NCBI GenBank assembly: GCA_034434235.1
Contig: DAOTZV010000190.1
Location: 1 to 41,177 of the forward strand
Length of the DNA: 41,177 nucleotides
Direction: 5' to 3'
From: Anaerolineae bacterium
GTDB taxonomy: Bacteria > Chloroflexota > Anaerolineae > CG2-30-64-16
Shown here: piece by piece, positions 9,361 through 18,798 of the stretch
Numbering within the stretch: the first letter of the stretch is position 1
Layout: each line of letters starts with the position of its first letter
The notes under the pieces: generated by a model
Databases searched by the model: none
What the model was told of the DNA's origin: nothing
The model's input: the letters and a program-made list of their open reading frames with translations, nothing else
Program-made: the position numbers and the translations under genes

Positions 9361-10383
9361 GGCGTGCACGCGTCGGCGCAGGCCGACGCCGCGTGGGGGG
9401 CGATTGAAATCGCGGCTAAGGGGCGCGGTGGCGCCGCGATGCCCACCTCCGTGGGCGTGCACCGTCGGCGCAGGCCGACGCCCAGCGGCGGGGCGATTGA
9501 AATCGCGGCTAATGGGCGCGGTGGCGCCGCGACACCCACCTCCGTGGGCGCGCACGCGTCGGCGCAGGCGGTCGCCGCGTGGTGGGGCGATTGAAATCGC
9601 GGCTAACGGGCGCGGTGGCGCCGCGGCACCCACCTGCGTGGGTGCGGTCGCGTCGGCGCAGGCCGACGCCGCGTGGTGGGGCGATTGAAATCGCGGCTAA
9701 GGGGCGCGCCGGCGCCGCGACACCCACCTGCGTGGGTGCGGTCGCGTCGGCGCAGGCGGTCGCCGCGTGGGGGGGCGATTGAAATCGCGGCTAACGGGCG
9801 CGGTGGCGCCGCGGCACCCACCTGCGTGGGTGCGGTCGCGTCGGCGCAGGCCGACGCCCAGCCGCAGGCTCCTTAGCCGCGACCTCGGTCGCCCAGGACA
9901 TTAACGGGCGCGCCGGCGCCGCAACGCCCACCGCCGTAGGCACCGCCGCGTCGGCGCAGGCCGACGCCGCGTGGTGGGGCGATTGAAATCGCGGCTAATG
10001 GGCGCGGTGGCGCCGCGACACCCACCTGCGTGGGTGCGGTCGCGTCGGCGCAGGCCAACGCCCAGCCGCAGGCTCCTTAGCCGCGACCTCGGTCGCCCCC
10101 AAGCGGCGGGGCGATTGAAATCGCGGCTAATGGGCGCGGTGGCGCCGCGACACCCACCGCCGTGGGCGCGCACGCGTCGGCGCCGCGACACCCACCGCCG
10201 TGGGCGCGCACGCGTCGGCGCAGGCCGACGCCCAGCCGCCGGCTCCTTAGCTGCGACCTCGGTCGCCCAGGACATTAACGGGCGCGCCGGCGCCGCGACA
10301 CCCACCGCCGTGGGCGTGCACGCGTCGGCGCAGGCCGACGCCCAGCGGCAGGCTCCTTAGCCGCGACCTCGGTCGCCCAGGAC
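9361..10383. repeat. Tandem array (~10-11 units, period ~94-125 bp) of a mosaic hairpin-rich MITE/BIME-like repeat
   Basis: Module A GGGGCGATTGAAATCGCGGCTAA occurs 7 times. It is interleaved with module B GGGCGCGGTGGCGCCGCG, module C CACCCACCTGCGTGGGTGCG, module D CGTCGGCGCAGGCCGACGCC and the optional module E CAGGCTCCTTAGCCGCGACCTCGGTCGCCC. Each module is an imperfect palindrome. The segments between modules are homologous variants of one another, not unique spacers. Confidence 0.85.
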
Positions 10384-10401
10384 TGGCCAGGCGGTTGATT
10401 C

Positions 10402-10430
10402 TTGACAGGACGGCGATTGCCGGATAACAT
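10402..10430 (+). promoter_or_regulatory. Sigma70-like promoter TTGACA-17-TAACAT upstream of trxA
   Basis: -35 TTGACA at 10402-10407, 17-nt spacer, TAACAT at 10425-10430, ~38 nt before the trxA ATG. Confidence 0.5.
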
Positions 10431-10468
10431 GACCTGGAACCACGCAGGACAGGAGAACACAAAAACGC

Positions 10469-10792
10469 ATGACTGCTCCGATACCGATCACCGATGCCAC
10501 CTTTGAAGCCGAAGTGCTCCGCGCCAGGGGCCTCGTGATCACCGATTTCTGGGCCGATTGGTGCGTGCCCTGCAAGCGCATCGCGCCGATCCTGGAAGAG
10601 CTGGCGGCCGAATACGCCGGCAAGCTCAAAGTCACCAAGCTCGATGTGGACAGCAACCCGGCCACGCCGGAAAAGTACGGCATCACGGGCATTCCCACCC
10701 TGCTGGTCTTCCGCGATGGCCAGCTCGCCGACTCCATCGTCGGCTTCCTGCCGAAGGAGCGCCTGATCGAGCGCCTGAAGCCGCTCTTCTGA
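10469..10792 (+). CDS. trxA: Thioredoxin
   Basis: 107 aa with WADWCVPCK active-site motif and a thioredoxin fold-sized protein. Confidence 0.9.
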   Translation: MTAPIPITDATFEAEVLRARGLVITDFWADWCVPCKRIAPILEELAAEYAGKLKVTKLDVDSNPATPEKYGITGIPTLLVFRDGQLADSIVGFLPKERLIERLKPLF

Positions 10793-10840
10793 GAGCGACT
10801 GCTCCGGCATTGCGGCCGGTTCGTGGACGGTCGGCCCTGT

Positions 10841-10869
10841 TTGACACGTCGTCCGTCTTGTGCTATATT
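10841..10869 (+). promoter_or_regulatory. Near-consensus sigma70 promoter TTGACA-17-TATATT driving the trpB2 leader
   Basis: Read directly: TTGACA 10841-10846, spacer 17 nt, TATATT 10864-10869, in a locally AT-rich patch. Confidence 0.6.
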
Positions 10870-10877
10870 CTTCTTGC

Positions 10878-11224
10878 AAATCGAATACCGCCACTGAAAA
10901 GCTGTGAACTGGACTAGTAGGCGTTCGTCAAGGGCCCCAGAGAGCCGACCGTTGAGCTGCGAGGTCGGCGCCGCTGCGGACGTTGAATGGACCAGGGAGC
11001 TGCAGGCCGAAAGGTTCGCCGAGTAGGCCGCGCCGGAGACGTCACCGTTATCACGACCGAGGGGATCGGATCTGTCCTGCGCAGCGTTGCGCGGGCCATG
11101 CGCCAGTGCAATGGCGGCCTGTCCCTGCTAATGAGTGAGGCCGTTGCGCAACGGCCTAATCGGGGTGGCACCGCGGGTGGTTTACAAGCCCTCGTCCCCT
11201 TTTCGGGGCGAGGGCTTTTGATTT
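10878..11224 (+). promoter_or_regulatory. T-box riboswitch leader (probable Trp specificity) with intrinsic terminator
   Basis: T-box consensus AAUCGGGGUGGCACCGCGGGUGG at 11158-11183. An AGAGAG motif lies near the 5' end. A candidate specifier GAAUGGA (UGG + A) is present. Terminator AAGCCCTCGTCCCC-TTTTC-GGGGCGAGGGCTTTTGATTT at 11187-11224 overlaps the T-box 3' arm. Leader is ~430 nt from promoter to ATG. Confidence 0.6.
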
Positions 11225-11310
11225 CCGGCGGGCGCAACCCTCTCCCCTCCCAAATACGCCCGCCAGTTTATCATCAGGCCGAACAGCCCATATCACCCAG
11301 GGAGGGAGCT

Positions 11311-12699
11311 ATGTCAAACGAAACGCAACTCAACAATCTGAGCGAGGATTTCCGGCTCGTCTTGCCCCAATCGCGCATTCCAACCCACTGGTACAACATC
11401 CTGGCCGACATGCCGGTGGCGCTGCCGCCGGTGTTGCATCCGGCCACCAAACAGCCCGTCACGCCGGCCGATCTGGCGCCCCTCTTCCCGATGGCGCTGA
11501 TCATGCAGGAGGTCAGCAGCGAACGCTACATCCCCATCCCCGACGCGGTGCGCGACATCTATCGCCTGTGGCGGCCCACGCCCCTGATCCGCGCCGTGCG
11601 CCTGGAGAAGGCGCTGGACACGCCCGCGCACATCTACTATAAGTACGAAGGATCGAGCCCAAGCGGCAGCCACAAGCTCAACACCTCGGTGCCGCAGGCC
11701 TACTACAACAAGATGGAAGGGGTCCAGCGCATCGCCACCGAGACCGGCGCCGGCCAGTGGGGATCGGCCCTGGCGATCGCCGGCGATTTCTTCAAGATCG
11801 CCATCGAAGTGTTCATGGTGAAGATCAGCTATCAGCAGAAGCCGTATCGCCGCTCCATCATGCAGACCTACGGCGCCACCGTCACGCCCAGCCCGTCGGA
11901 CCGCACCCAGGCCGGCCGGACGATCCTGGCGCGCAATCCGGAGAGCAACGGCAGCCTGGGCATCGCCATCTCCGAGGCGGTCGAGGTGGCGGCCACCAGC
12001 GGCGGCACGACCAAGTACTCCCTCGGCTCGGTGTTGAATCACGTCCTGTTACATCAGACGGTGATCGGCCAGGAGGCGCTGGACGGCATGGCCGAGATCG
12101 GCGAGTACCCGGATGTGGTGATCGGCTGCGTAGGCGGCGGCTCCAACTTCGCCGGGCTGGCGTTCCCCTTCCTGCACAAGAACTTGACCGAGGGGAAGCA
12201 GACGCGCTTCATCGCGGTCGAGCCGAGCTCGTGCCCCAGCCTGACGAAGGGCATCTACGCCTACGACTACGGCGACACGGTGGGCCTGACGCCGCTGATC
12301 AAGATGTACACGCTCGGACACGACTTCGAGCCGGCGGCGATCCACGCGGGCGGCCTGCGCTATCACGGCATGGCGCCCACCATCTCCGCGCTGGTGCGGG
12401 CCGGCTACATCGAGCCGCGCGCCTACACCCAAAACGCGTGCTTCGAGGCCGGCGTCTTCTTCGCCCGCCAGGAAGGGATCATCCCCGCGCCGGAGACGAC
12501 GCACGCCATCCGCGCGGCCATTGACGAGGCCCTGGCCGCCCGCGAGAAGGGCGAAAAGAAGGTCATCCTCTTCAACCTCTCCGGGCACGGGCACTTCGAC
12601 ATGGGCGCCTACGACGCGTATCTGGCCGGCCGGTTGGCCGACAACGGCTTCTCGGCCGAGAACATGGAGAAATCGCTGGCCACGTTGCCGCAGGTGTGA
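11311..12699 (+). CDS. trpB: TrpB-like PLP-dependent tryptophan synthase beta subunit, stand-alone TrpB2 type
   Basis: 463 aa, longer than TrpB1. Has the HKLN lysine motif (SGSHKLNT) and a GGGSN glycine loop. GGAGGGAG RBS before the ATG at 11311. No other trp genes are adjacent. Confidence 0.85.
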   Translation: MSNETQLNNLSEDFRLVLPQSRIPTHWYNILADMPVALPPVLHPATKQPVTPADLAPLFPMALIMQEVSSERYIPIPDAVRDIYRLWRPTPLIRAVRLEKALDTPAHIYYKYEGSSPSGSHKLNTSVPQAYYNKMEGVQRIATETGAGQWGSALAIAGDFFKIAIEVFMVKISYQQKPYRRSIMQTYGATVTPSPSDRTQAGRTILARNPESNGSLGIAISEAVEVAATSGGTTKYSLGSVLNHVLLHQTVIGQEALDGMAEIGEYPDVVIGCVGGGSNFAGLAFPFLHKNLTEGKQTRFIAVEPSSCPSLTKGIYAYDYGDTVGLTPLIKMYTLGHDFEPAAIHAGGLRYHGMAPTISALVRAGYIEPRAYTQNACFEAGVFFARQEGIIPAPETTHAIRAAIDEALAAREKGEKKVILFNLSGHGHFDMGAYDAYLAGRLADNGFSAENMEKSLATLPQV

Positions 12700-12818
12700 C
12701 TTTCGGTTTCGGCCCGGCCGCAACGTCAGGCCATCTCTGCAACGGCCGGGATCGCGCCTGAAGGCCCGACGGCTGATCGTCGGACGTGCGCCGACGATCA
12801 GCCCCGCGCCCCCCGATT

Positions 12819-12847
12819 TTGACATTCGCCGCTTTTCGCGGATAATA
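12819..12847 (+). promoter_or_regulatory. Sigma70-like promoter TTGACA-16/17-GATAAT upstream of the small Cys-protein gene
   Basis: TTGACA 12819-12824 and GATAAT/ATAATA 12841-12847 read directly. Confidence 0.45.
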
Positions 12848-12864
12848 GGAGTCGTAAACATCCT

Positions 12865-12890
12865 CGGCGCTTTGCGGCGCCGGGTTTTTT
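12865..12890 (+). terminator. Short hairpin CGGCGC-TTTGCG-GCGCCG followed by GGTTTTTT, lying between the promoter and RBS of the small gene
   Basis: 6-bp stem plus six Ts, directly abutting the GGAGGT RBS. It could terminate trpB2 read-through or act as an attenuator for the small gene. Confidence 0.35.
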
Positions 12891-12906
12891 GTCAGGAGGT
12901 GATCGA

Positions 12907-13104
12907 ATGGCTCAAGCAACCAAGATGGGTGCGGATACCGCAACTCTGGAAAAGCGCCGCAAGGCCCTGAGCGGCCATAGCTGTGTCAAGTGCGGACAGG
13001 ATGTGACGTTCGGCGATCTGTTGATGGTGAAGATCACGGAGATCCAGAACGGCCGGCCGCGGTCGCACAGCGTGGCGTATCATCGCAAGTGCTACGCGGT
13101 ATGA
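12907..13104 (+). CDS. Small (66 aa) Cys/His-containing zinc-ribbon-like hypothetical protein
   Basis: GGAGGT RBS 6 nt upstream of the ATG at 12907. CVKC...HRKC arrangement. The track ORF begins earlier at a TTG. Confidence 0.5.
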   Translation: MAQATKMGADTATLEKRRKALSGHSCVKCGQDVTFGDLLMVKITEIQNGRPRSHSVAYHRKCYAV

Positions 13105-13130
13105 GCAGCGCCCGAAACGGCGCGGCAAAC

Positions 13131-13166
13131 AAAAAGAGCAGGGCCATTGTGGCCCTGCTCTTTTTT
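13131..13166. terminator. Bidirectional intrinsic terminator AAAAAGAGCAGGGCC-ATTGT-GGCCCTGCTCTTTTTT between convergent genes
   Basis: Perfect 10-bp stem flanked by an A-tract and a T-tract, between the plus-strand small gene and the minus-strand M50 protease gene. Confidence 0.6.
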
Positions 13167-13177
13167 GTGCTCCCGTC

Positions 13178-13918
13178 CTATCGCCCCGGCCGCACGAGGA
13201 GCGCTTCGGCCAGCCAGAGGAACAACGCGGCGATCACATCCACCGCCAGGGTGAAAAGGAACGCCAGCGTCAACACCTGCACCGCGCCGGCCACGTGATC
13301 GCCCCAGCCCGACGGCAGCAGGGCCAATCCGCCTGACAGATAGGCCACCGCCAACGCCAGGGCCACGTAGATGCCCGCGATCAGCCACGGCCGACGATCG
13401 GACGGGCTCGGCGTCATGGCATTGCTGATCGCGAAGACCAGATAGGCCCACAGCCAGAAATCGGGCACGCGCCAGATGCCGTTGAGCCGGCTCAACACCG
13501 ACGGCCAGCCGCCGGCGTACCACGCCTGGCCCAGGCCGGCCACGTCGAACACGCCGTAGCCGATGGCCAACAGGGCCGCGCTGCCGACCAGAAAAGGTGC
13601 CAGGCCCACCAGGCTTTCGCGCAGCGGATCGCCGCTGCTCACCATCACCGACCCCAGCTCGACCGAATTGCGCCGCGGCCGCGGCCCCAGGCTCAACCGG
13701 CCCACGCGCAGGCCCACGAGCCAGGCCATGACCACATGGCCCAGCTCGTGCAACAGGATGCCCGGGAAGAACAAGAGATAGTAGCCGATCAGCGCCGCGC
13801 CTTCGTTGCGCGTGAGGTGATGCCCCAGTCGCAACACCTGGTGGGTGATCCATCGGCTCAAGACGAGCAGACACACCAGGGTCGCCGCGAAGGCAACGAG
13901 CTGCGGAAGAAGGACCAT
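13178..13918 (-). CDS. M50-family (site-2 protease-like) membrane metalloprotease
   Basis: Polytopic membrane protein with an HExxH motif inside a TM helix (LHELGHVVMAWL). Confidence 0.8.
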   Translation of the reverse strand: MVLLPQLVAFAATLVCLLVLSRWITHQVLRLGHHLTRNEGAALIGYYLLFFPGILLHELGHVVMAWLVGLRVGRLSLGPRPRRNSVELGSVMVSSGDPLRESLVGLAPFLVGSAALLAIGYGVFDVAGLGQAWYAGGWPSVLSRLNGIWRVPDFWLWAYLVFAISNAMTPSPSDRRPWLIAGIYVALALAVAYLSGGLALLPSGWGDHVAGAVQVLTLAFLFTLAVDVIAALFLWLAEALLVRPGR

Positions 13919-13934
13919 GCGTGCGCGCGGCGAA

Positions 13935-14699
13935 TCAGTAAAGCCCGGCCGTGATGCGCACCATCGCGGCGAACACGTCCGCCTTCAGGCTGGCGCCGCC
14001 GATCAGCGCACCGTCAATATCGGGCATGGCCATCAGCTCGCCGATGTTCTTGTCGTTCGTGCTGCCGCCGTATTGAATGCGGATCGCATCGGCCACCGCG
14101 TCGCCGTAGAGCTGGCCGATGGTGGCCCGCACCACCTGGCCGCACACGCGGTTGGCCACCTCGGGCGTGGCGTTGCGGCCCGTGCCGATGGCCCAGATCG
14201 GCTCGTAGGCGATGACGACGCCCGCGGCCTGCTCGGCGCTCAGGCCGGCGAAGGCCGCCCGCACCTGTCCGCTCACCAGCGCGTCGGTGAGGCCGGCCTC
14301 GTTCTGGGCCAGGTCTTCGCCCACGCAGACGATCGGCACCAGGCCGTGGGCCAACGCGGCCTTGATCTTCTTGTTGACCGATTCATCGGTCTCGCCGAAG
14401 TATTGGCGGCGTTCCGAATGTCCGATGATGACGTAGGTCGCCAGCCCCTTCAACATGGCCGCGGAGACCTCGCCCGTATACGCGCCGCTCTCGGCCCAAT
14501 GGCAGTTCTGCGCGCCCACGCCGATCGGCAGGCCGCGCAACGCCTCGGCCACGGCCGGCAACGCCACGAACGGCGGACAAACGACCGTCTCCACCTGGGC
14601 ATACGGCGTCACCAGCGGGCTCACCGCCCGCACGAACTCTACTGCTTCGGCCGGCGTCTTGTTCATCTTCCAGTTGCCGGCAAGGATGGGTTTTCGCAT
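13935..14699 (-). CDS. tpiA: Triosephosphate isomerase
   Basis: Start [15 protein letters not shown] at 14699. Motifs IGHSERR and YGGS. The track ORF is extended upstream. Confidence 0.9.
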   Translation of the reverse strand: MRKPILAGNWKMNKTPAEAVEFVRAVSPLVTPYAQVETVVCPPFVALPAVAEALRGLPIGVGAQNCHWAESGAYTGEVSAAMLKGLATYVIIGHSERRQYFGETDESVNKKIKAALAHGLVPIVCVGEDLAQNEAGLTDALVSGQVRAAFAGLSAEQAAGVVIAYEPIWAIGTGRNATPEVANRVCGQVVRATIGQLYGDAVADAIRIQYGGSTNDKNIGELMAMPDIDGALIGGASLKADVFAAMVRITAGLY

Positions 14700-14713
14700 G
14701 AGTGAAAGGCTCC

Positions 14714-15085
14714 TTAGTGCGTTAGCTCCTCGTATTCCTGAACCGTGAGCAGTTTGCCGCCCACGACGTCGCTTGCGATGACGTGTTCCTTGCGGCGATC
14801 GAACGTCAGGGTCACCTCGACCACCTGAAAACACCGGTTGGCGCCGGTGCCGACCAGGCCCTTGCGGACGACCCAGCCTTCGCCGTCCTCCGTTTCGCTG
14901 AGGTCATTCATCAGGTTGATGCGCGCCTTGAGCGGCTCGCCGCAACGCCGACATTGGGCATAGATCCAATACGTGTTCGGATCGTCGCCGAAGCTGCTGC
15001 GGCCGCCCCCACTGCTTTGGCCGCCCCGACCGCTCAGGGCCCGCCGCAAGGCATCCAGAAACCCCATGTTCGCCTCCTGTTCCAT
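14714..15085 (-). CDS. Hypothetical protein with two Cys pairs (CRRCGE ... NRCF)
   Basis: ORF with compositional bias consistent with coding, wedged between pheT and tpiA on the same strand. No family recognised. Confidence 0.45.
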   Translation of the reverse strand: MEQEANMGFLDALRRALSGRGGQSSGGGRSSFGDDPNTYWIYAQCRRCGEPLKARINLMNDLSETEDGEGWVVRKGLVGTGANRCFQVVEVTLTFDRRKEHVIASDVVGGKLLTVQEYEELTH

Positions 15086-15146
15086 CGGATATTATCGGCG
15101 ATTCGCGCGCGAGTGACCATGACGCGGCGCAGGTTAGAGGGGTCCA

Positions 15147-17672
15147 TCACCCGCGCAGAGCGGCGCCCAGCTCCCGCTCCAGCCGGCCGACGATTTTGGC
15201 CCGCACCTTGCGCGTGTCCTCGTCGGTGAGGGTGCGGTCGGCCGCCTGGAAAGTGAGACTGTAGGCCAACGATTTCTTGCCCGGCGGGATTTGATCCCCG
15301 CGATAGACATCGAACAGCCGCAGGTCCACCAGCAGCCGGCCGGCCGCCTGCCGGATCACTGCGGCGACCTGCGCGGCCGGCGTCGCCTCGTCCACGATCA
15401 CCGCCAGGTCTTCGTACACCGGCGGTTGGCCGGAGATCTCGGCCATCGGCGCGGGAGCGCCCCAACCGGCCAACAGGGCATCCAGGTCCAATTCCATGAT
15501 CGCGACGGGCAGATTGGGCAGGTCGAACGCGGCGCGCACCAGCGGGTGCAGTTCTCCCACGATGCCGATCTCCTGGCCGCCGACGAGCAGCCGCGCGGTG
15601 CGGCCGGGATGACAGGCGGGATGTTGGCCCCGCTCCCATGCGACATCCTTCAGCTCCAGCCGCGCCAACAACGCCTCGACCACCCCCTTCAAGTCGAAGA
15701 AGCCGAGGGGCGATGTGTCGTGCGGCTGCCAGCTCTGCGGCTCGCGCGGACCGACCAGTAGCGCGGCCACGCGGCGCGGCTCGGCCGGGAGCAACTGGTC
15801 GGGCCGGGGATGGAAGACGCGGCCCAGCTCGAAGATGGCCACGCGCTCGGTGAAGCGCAGATTGGCCCGCGCGGTGTTCAACAGCGACGGCAACAGCGTC
15901 CGCCGCAGGTGGGCCCGATCCGCCGCCAGCGGATTCAAGACGACCACGTGCGGCGCCGTCGCGGCCGCCTCATCCCGATAGAACTTCACCTCGTCGCGCA
16001 CGTCTATCATCGAATAGGTGATGACCTCGGTCAACCCACAACCCACCAACACATCGCGCACCTTCTCTTCCCCTTCCAGCGCCAGGTTGCGCCGTTGCGG
16101 CGGCAGCTCATCGCGCAACAGGGTGTGCGGCATCCGGTCATAGCCGTAGACGCGCGCGATCTCCTCCACCAGGTCGGCCGGGATGTTCACGTCCTGGCGG
16201 TGGCTGGGGACGGTGACCCGTAGACAGGACGACGAGGCGACGGGGCGGCCGTCGTCCGCGCGTTGCTCCTTCTGGATGTCCACCGCGACCTCGAACTCCA
16301 ACGCCCGCAGGATGCGCACCATCTCCTCGATCGGCACCTCGATGCCGAGCAGGCGATTGACGTAGGCCGGAGCGAGCTCGATGGTTTGGCGCGGCGCCGG
16401 CTGGGGATACACATCGCCGTAGACCGGCCGCACGCGGCCGCCGGCCAGCTCGGCCATCAGCTGGCCGGCGCGGGCCAGCGCGGCGATGGTCAGCTCGGGA
16501 TCCACGCGCTTGCCGAAGCGATTGCCCGCCTCGCTGGAGAGCTTGAGCATCTGACAGGTGCGCCGAATGCTCAAGAAGTGGAAGTTGGCCGCTTCGAGCA
16601 GCACCGACGTCGTGCCGTCGTTGACCTCGGTGTTGGCGCCGCCCATGACGCCGCCCACCGCGATCGTGCCGGCCGTGTCGGTGATCATGAGCATTTCGGG
16701 ATCGAGCGCCCGGTCCACGCCGTCGAGCGTCACCAGGTGCTCGCCCGGATGGGCGCGACGCATGATGATCGTCGGCCGGCCGCCGGCGCGGGCGCGCAAC
16801 AGGTCGTAATCAAAGGCATGGAGCGGCTGGCCCAGCTCGAGCATCACATAATTGGTGATGTCCACGATGTTGTTGATCGGCCGCATGCCGGCGCGGATGA
16901 GCCGCTGTTGCATCCAGTACGGAGACGGCTTGACCCGCACGCCCTCGATCAGCGCGGCCGAATAGCGCAGGCACAGATCGGGATCCTGGATCACGATGCC
17001 GGCGAAGTCGGCGTCGGTCACCCGCGGCGTGGCCAGATAGTCGGCCGGCGTCGGGTTGCGCAACATCTGGCCGGTCAACGCGGCCACCTCGCGCGCGATC
17101 CCGACCACCGACTGCAGATGGCCGAACGCGCCCTTGATGTCGAACTCCAGGATCGTATCGCCCAGATAATCCACCAGCGGCATGCCGACCGGCGCGTCGT
17201 CGGGCAGGATCAGGATGCCCTCGTGTTCATCGCTCAGGCCCAGCTCCTTTTCCGAGCAAACCATGCCTTGCGAGAGGATGCCGCGGATCTTCCCGGCCTT
17301 CAGGGTAGCGATCTTGGGCTCGGCGCTGTGGCCGTCGTACAGCCGGGCGCCGACGACCGCGAACGCCACCTTCGGCCCGCGGCCGTGGCTCAAGTCCTGG
17401 CCGACGTAGGGATAGAGGTTCGGCGCGCCGGTCACCACCGTCAGCGGCGCGGCCGCGCCGTATTCGACGCGCGCCAGCACCAGCCGGTCGGCGTCGGGGT
17501 GCCGCGTCACCTCCAGCACCTGCCCCACGAACACCTTGTCCCGATCCCACAGCTCGCCGATGGGCGTGAGCGACTCCACTTCCAGGCCCGCCAGCGTCAA
17601 GCGCTCGGCAAGCTGAGGAACGGGCAGGGTGATATCCACGTAATCTTTCAGCCAGCTCAAAGGAACTTTCAT
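15147..17672 (-). CDS. pheT: Phenylalanine--tRNA ligase beta subunit
   Basis: 841 aa with tRNA-binding, B3/B4, B5 and FDX-ACB domain order. MKVPLSWLKDYVDI N-terminus. Confidence 0.95.
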   Translation of the reverse strand: MKVPLSWLKDYVDITLPVPQLAERLTLAGLEVESLTPIGELWDRDKVFVGQVLEVTRHPDADRLVLARVEYGAAAPLTVVTGAPNLYPYVGQDLSHGRGPKVAFAVVGARLYDGHSAEPKIATLKAGKIRGILSQGMVCSEKELGLSDEHEGILILPDDAPVGMPLVDYLGDTILEFDIKGAFGHLQSVVGIAREVAALTGQMLRNPTPADYLATPRVTDADFAGIVIQDPDLCLRYSAALIEGVRVKPSPYWMQQRLIRAGMRPINNIVDITNYVMLELGQPLHAFDYDLLRARAGGRPTIIMRRAHPGEHLVTLDGVDRALDPEMLMITDTAGTIAVGGVMGGANTEVNDGTTSVLLEAANFHFLSIRRTCQMLKLSSEAGNRFGKRVDPELTIAALARAGQLMAELAGGRVRPVYGDVYPQPAPRQTIELAPAYVNRLLGIEVPIEEMVRILRALEFEVAVDIQKEQRADDGRPVASSSCLRVTVPSHRQDVNIPADLVEEIARVYGYDRMPHTLLRDELPPQRRNLALEGEEKVRDVLVGCGLTEVITYSMIDVRDEVKFYRDEAAATAPHVVVLNPLAADRAHLRRTLLPSLLNTARANLRFTERVAIFELGRVFHPRPDQLLPAEPRRVAALLVGPREPQSWQPHDTSPLGFFDLKGVVEALLARLELKDVAWERGQHPACHPGRTARLLVGGQEIGIVGELHPLVRAAFDLPNLPVAIMELDLDALLAGWGAPAPMAEISGQPPVYEDLAVIVDEATPAAQVAAVIRQAAGRLLVDLRLFDVYRGDQIPPGKKSLAYSLTFQAADRTLTDEDTRKVRAKIVGRLERELGAALRG

Positions 17673-17690
17673 CGTGATCTTCTCCCCGGC

Positions 17691-18776
17691 TCAACCGAAC
17701 TGCTCCAGGAAGCGCAGGTCGTTGCCGTAGAAATAGCGGATGTCGTTGATCTTGTACTTCAACATGGCCGGCCGTTCGACCCCCATGCCGAACGCGAAGC
17801 CGCTGTAGATATCGGGGTCATAGCCGCCGTTGCGCAGCACCACCGGATGGACCATGCCCGCGCCGGCGATCTCCAGCCAGCCGGTGTATTTGCAGACGCT
17901 GCATCCCTTGCCGCCGCACAGGATGCAATCCATGTCGGCCTCGATGCTCGGCTCGGTGAAGGGGAAATAGCTGCCCCGCACCCGCAGCCGCCGGCCGGGG
18001 CCGTACATGCGCCGGGCGAACTGCTGCAACGTGCCGATCAGATCCGTCAGGCGGATCCCCTTGCCGACCGCCAGGCCCTCCATCTGATAGAACTGATGCT
18101 CGGAGCGCGCGGTGATCTGCTCGTAGCGATAGCATTTGCCGGGCAGGATCACGCGGATCGGCTCGGGGCACCGCTCGCGCATCACGCGGATCTGGCCGGG
18201 GCTGGTATGCGTGCGCATCACCAGCGTCGTCGCCGACGGAGCCGGGCCGCCGGCCGCGGCGGCGTCGGGGCGCGCCGTTCCCGTCTGGGTGACCCAGAAG
18301 GTATCCCACATGTCGCGCGCGGGATGGTAGGGCGGGATGTTGAGCAGGCCGAAGTTGTATTCGTCCGTCTCCACGTCCGGCGCGTCGTAGACCTGAAAGC
18401 CCATCTCGGCAAAGATGGCATAGAGCTGGCGCAGGCTCTGCGTGGTCAGGTGCAGGTGGCCGATGGACGGTGGCCGGCCGGGCAACGTCACATCCAGCGC
18501 GCCGGCGGCGAGTTCGGCCTCCAGCGCGGCCGCCTTCAGCTCCTCCTGGCGCCTGGCAAAGGCGGATTCGATCGCGTTCTTGACCTCGTTGACCGCCTGG
18601 CCATAGGCTGGCCGCTCTTCGCGCGGCAGCGCGGCCAGTTGCTTGACGGCTTCGTTGAGCGCGCCGCCCTTGCGACTGAGATAGCGGATGCGCCAGGCTT
18701 CCAACGCTTCAGCGTCTTGGGCCTGCGCCAGCTCGGCCAGTGCAGTCGCCTGAAGTCGCTCCAGATTTTCGTACAT
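17691..18776 (-). CDS. pheS: Phenylalanine--tRNA ligase alpha subunit
   Basis: Start MYENLERLQ at 18776. Class II aaRS motifs FRPSYFPFTEPS and GFAFGMGVERPAML. The track ORF is over-extended upstream into the leader. Confidence 0.95.
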   Translation of the reverse strand: MYENLERLQATALAELAQAQDAEALEAWRIRYLSRKGGALNEAVKQLAALPREERPAYGQAVNEVKNAIESAFARRQEELKAAALEAELAAGALDVTLPGRPPSIGHLHLTTQSLRQLYAIFAEMGFQVYDAPDVETDEYNFGLLNIPPYHPARDMWDTFWVTQTGTARPDAAAAGGPAPSATTLVMRTHTSPGQIRVMRERCPEPIRVILPGKCYRYEQITARSEHQFYQMEGLAVGKGIRLTDLIGTLQQFARRMYGPGRRLRVRGSYFPFTEPSIEADMDCILCGGKGCSVCKYTGWLEIAGAGMVHPVVLRNGGYDPDIYSGFAFGMGVERPAMLKYKINDIRYFYGNDLRFLEQFG

Positions 18777-18798
18777 GTTGCCTCCAGTTGACGGCGAT

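Noticed and set aside
9255-10360. Numerous 60-135 aa ORFs on both strands inside the repeat arrays (e.g. GAIEIAANGRGGAA... translations), and similar ones at 34975-35877
   Set aside because: They are repeat-encoded and stop-free only because of GC-rich periodic sequence. They are mutually overlapping on both strands and lack RBSs.
9361-10383. Possible CRISPR array (regularly spaced GGGGCGATTGAAATCGCGGCTAA with an ATTGAAA core reminiscent of type I repeats)
   Set aside because: The ~70-nt segments between the conserved 23-mers are clearly homologous to one another (the same B, C and D modules with point variants), not unique spacers. The same holds for 35124-35783. No cas genes are in the window. 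Interpreted instead as a mosaic MITE/BIME-like tandem repeat.
10987-11310. 570-aa extended TrpB ORF beginning at 10987
   Set aside because: The upstream 108 codons overlie the T-box leader and terminator. The ATG at 11311 has a strong GGAGGGAG RBS and matches TrpB2 N-termini.
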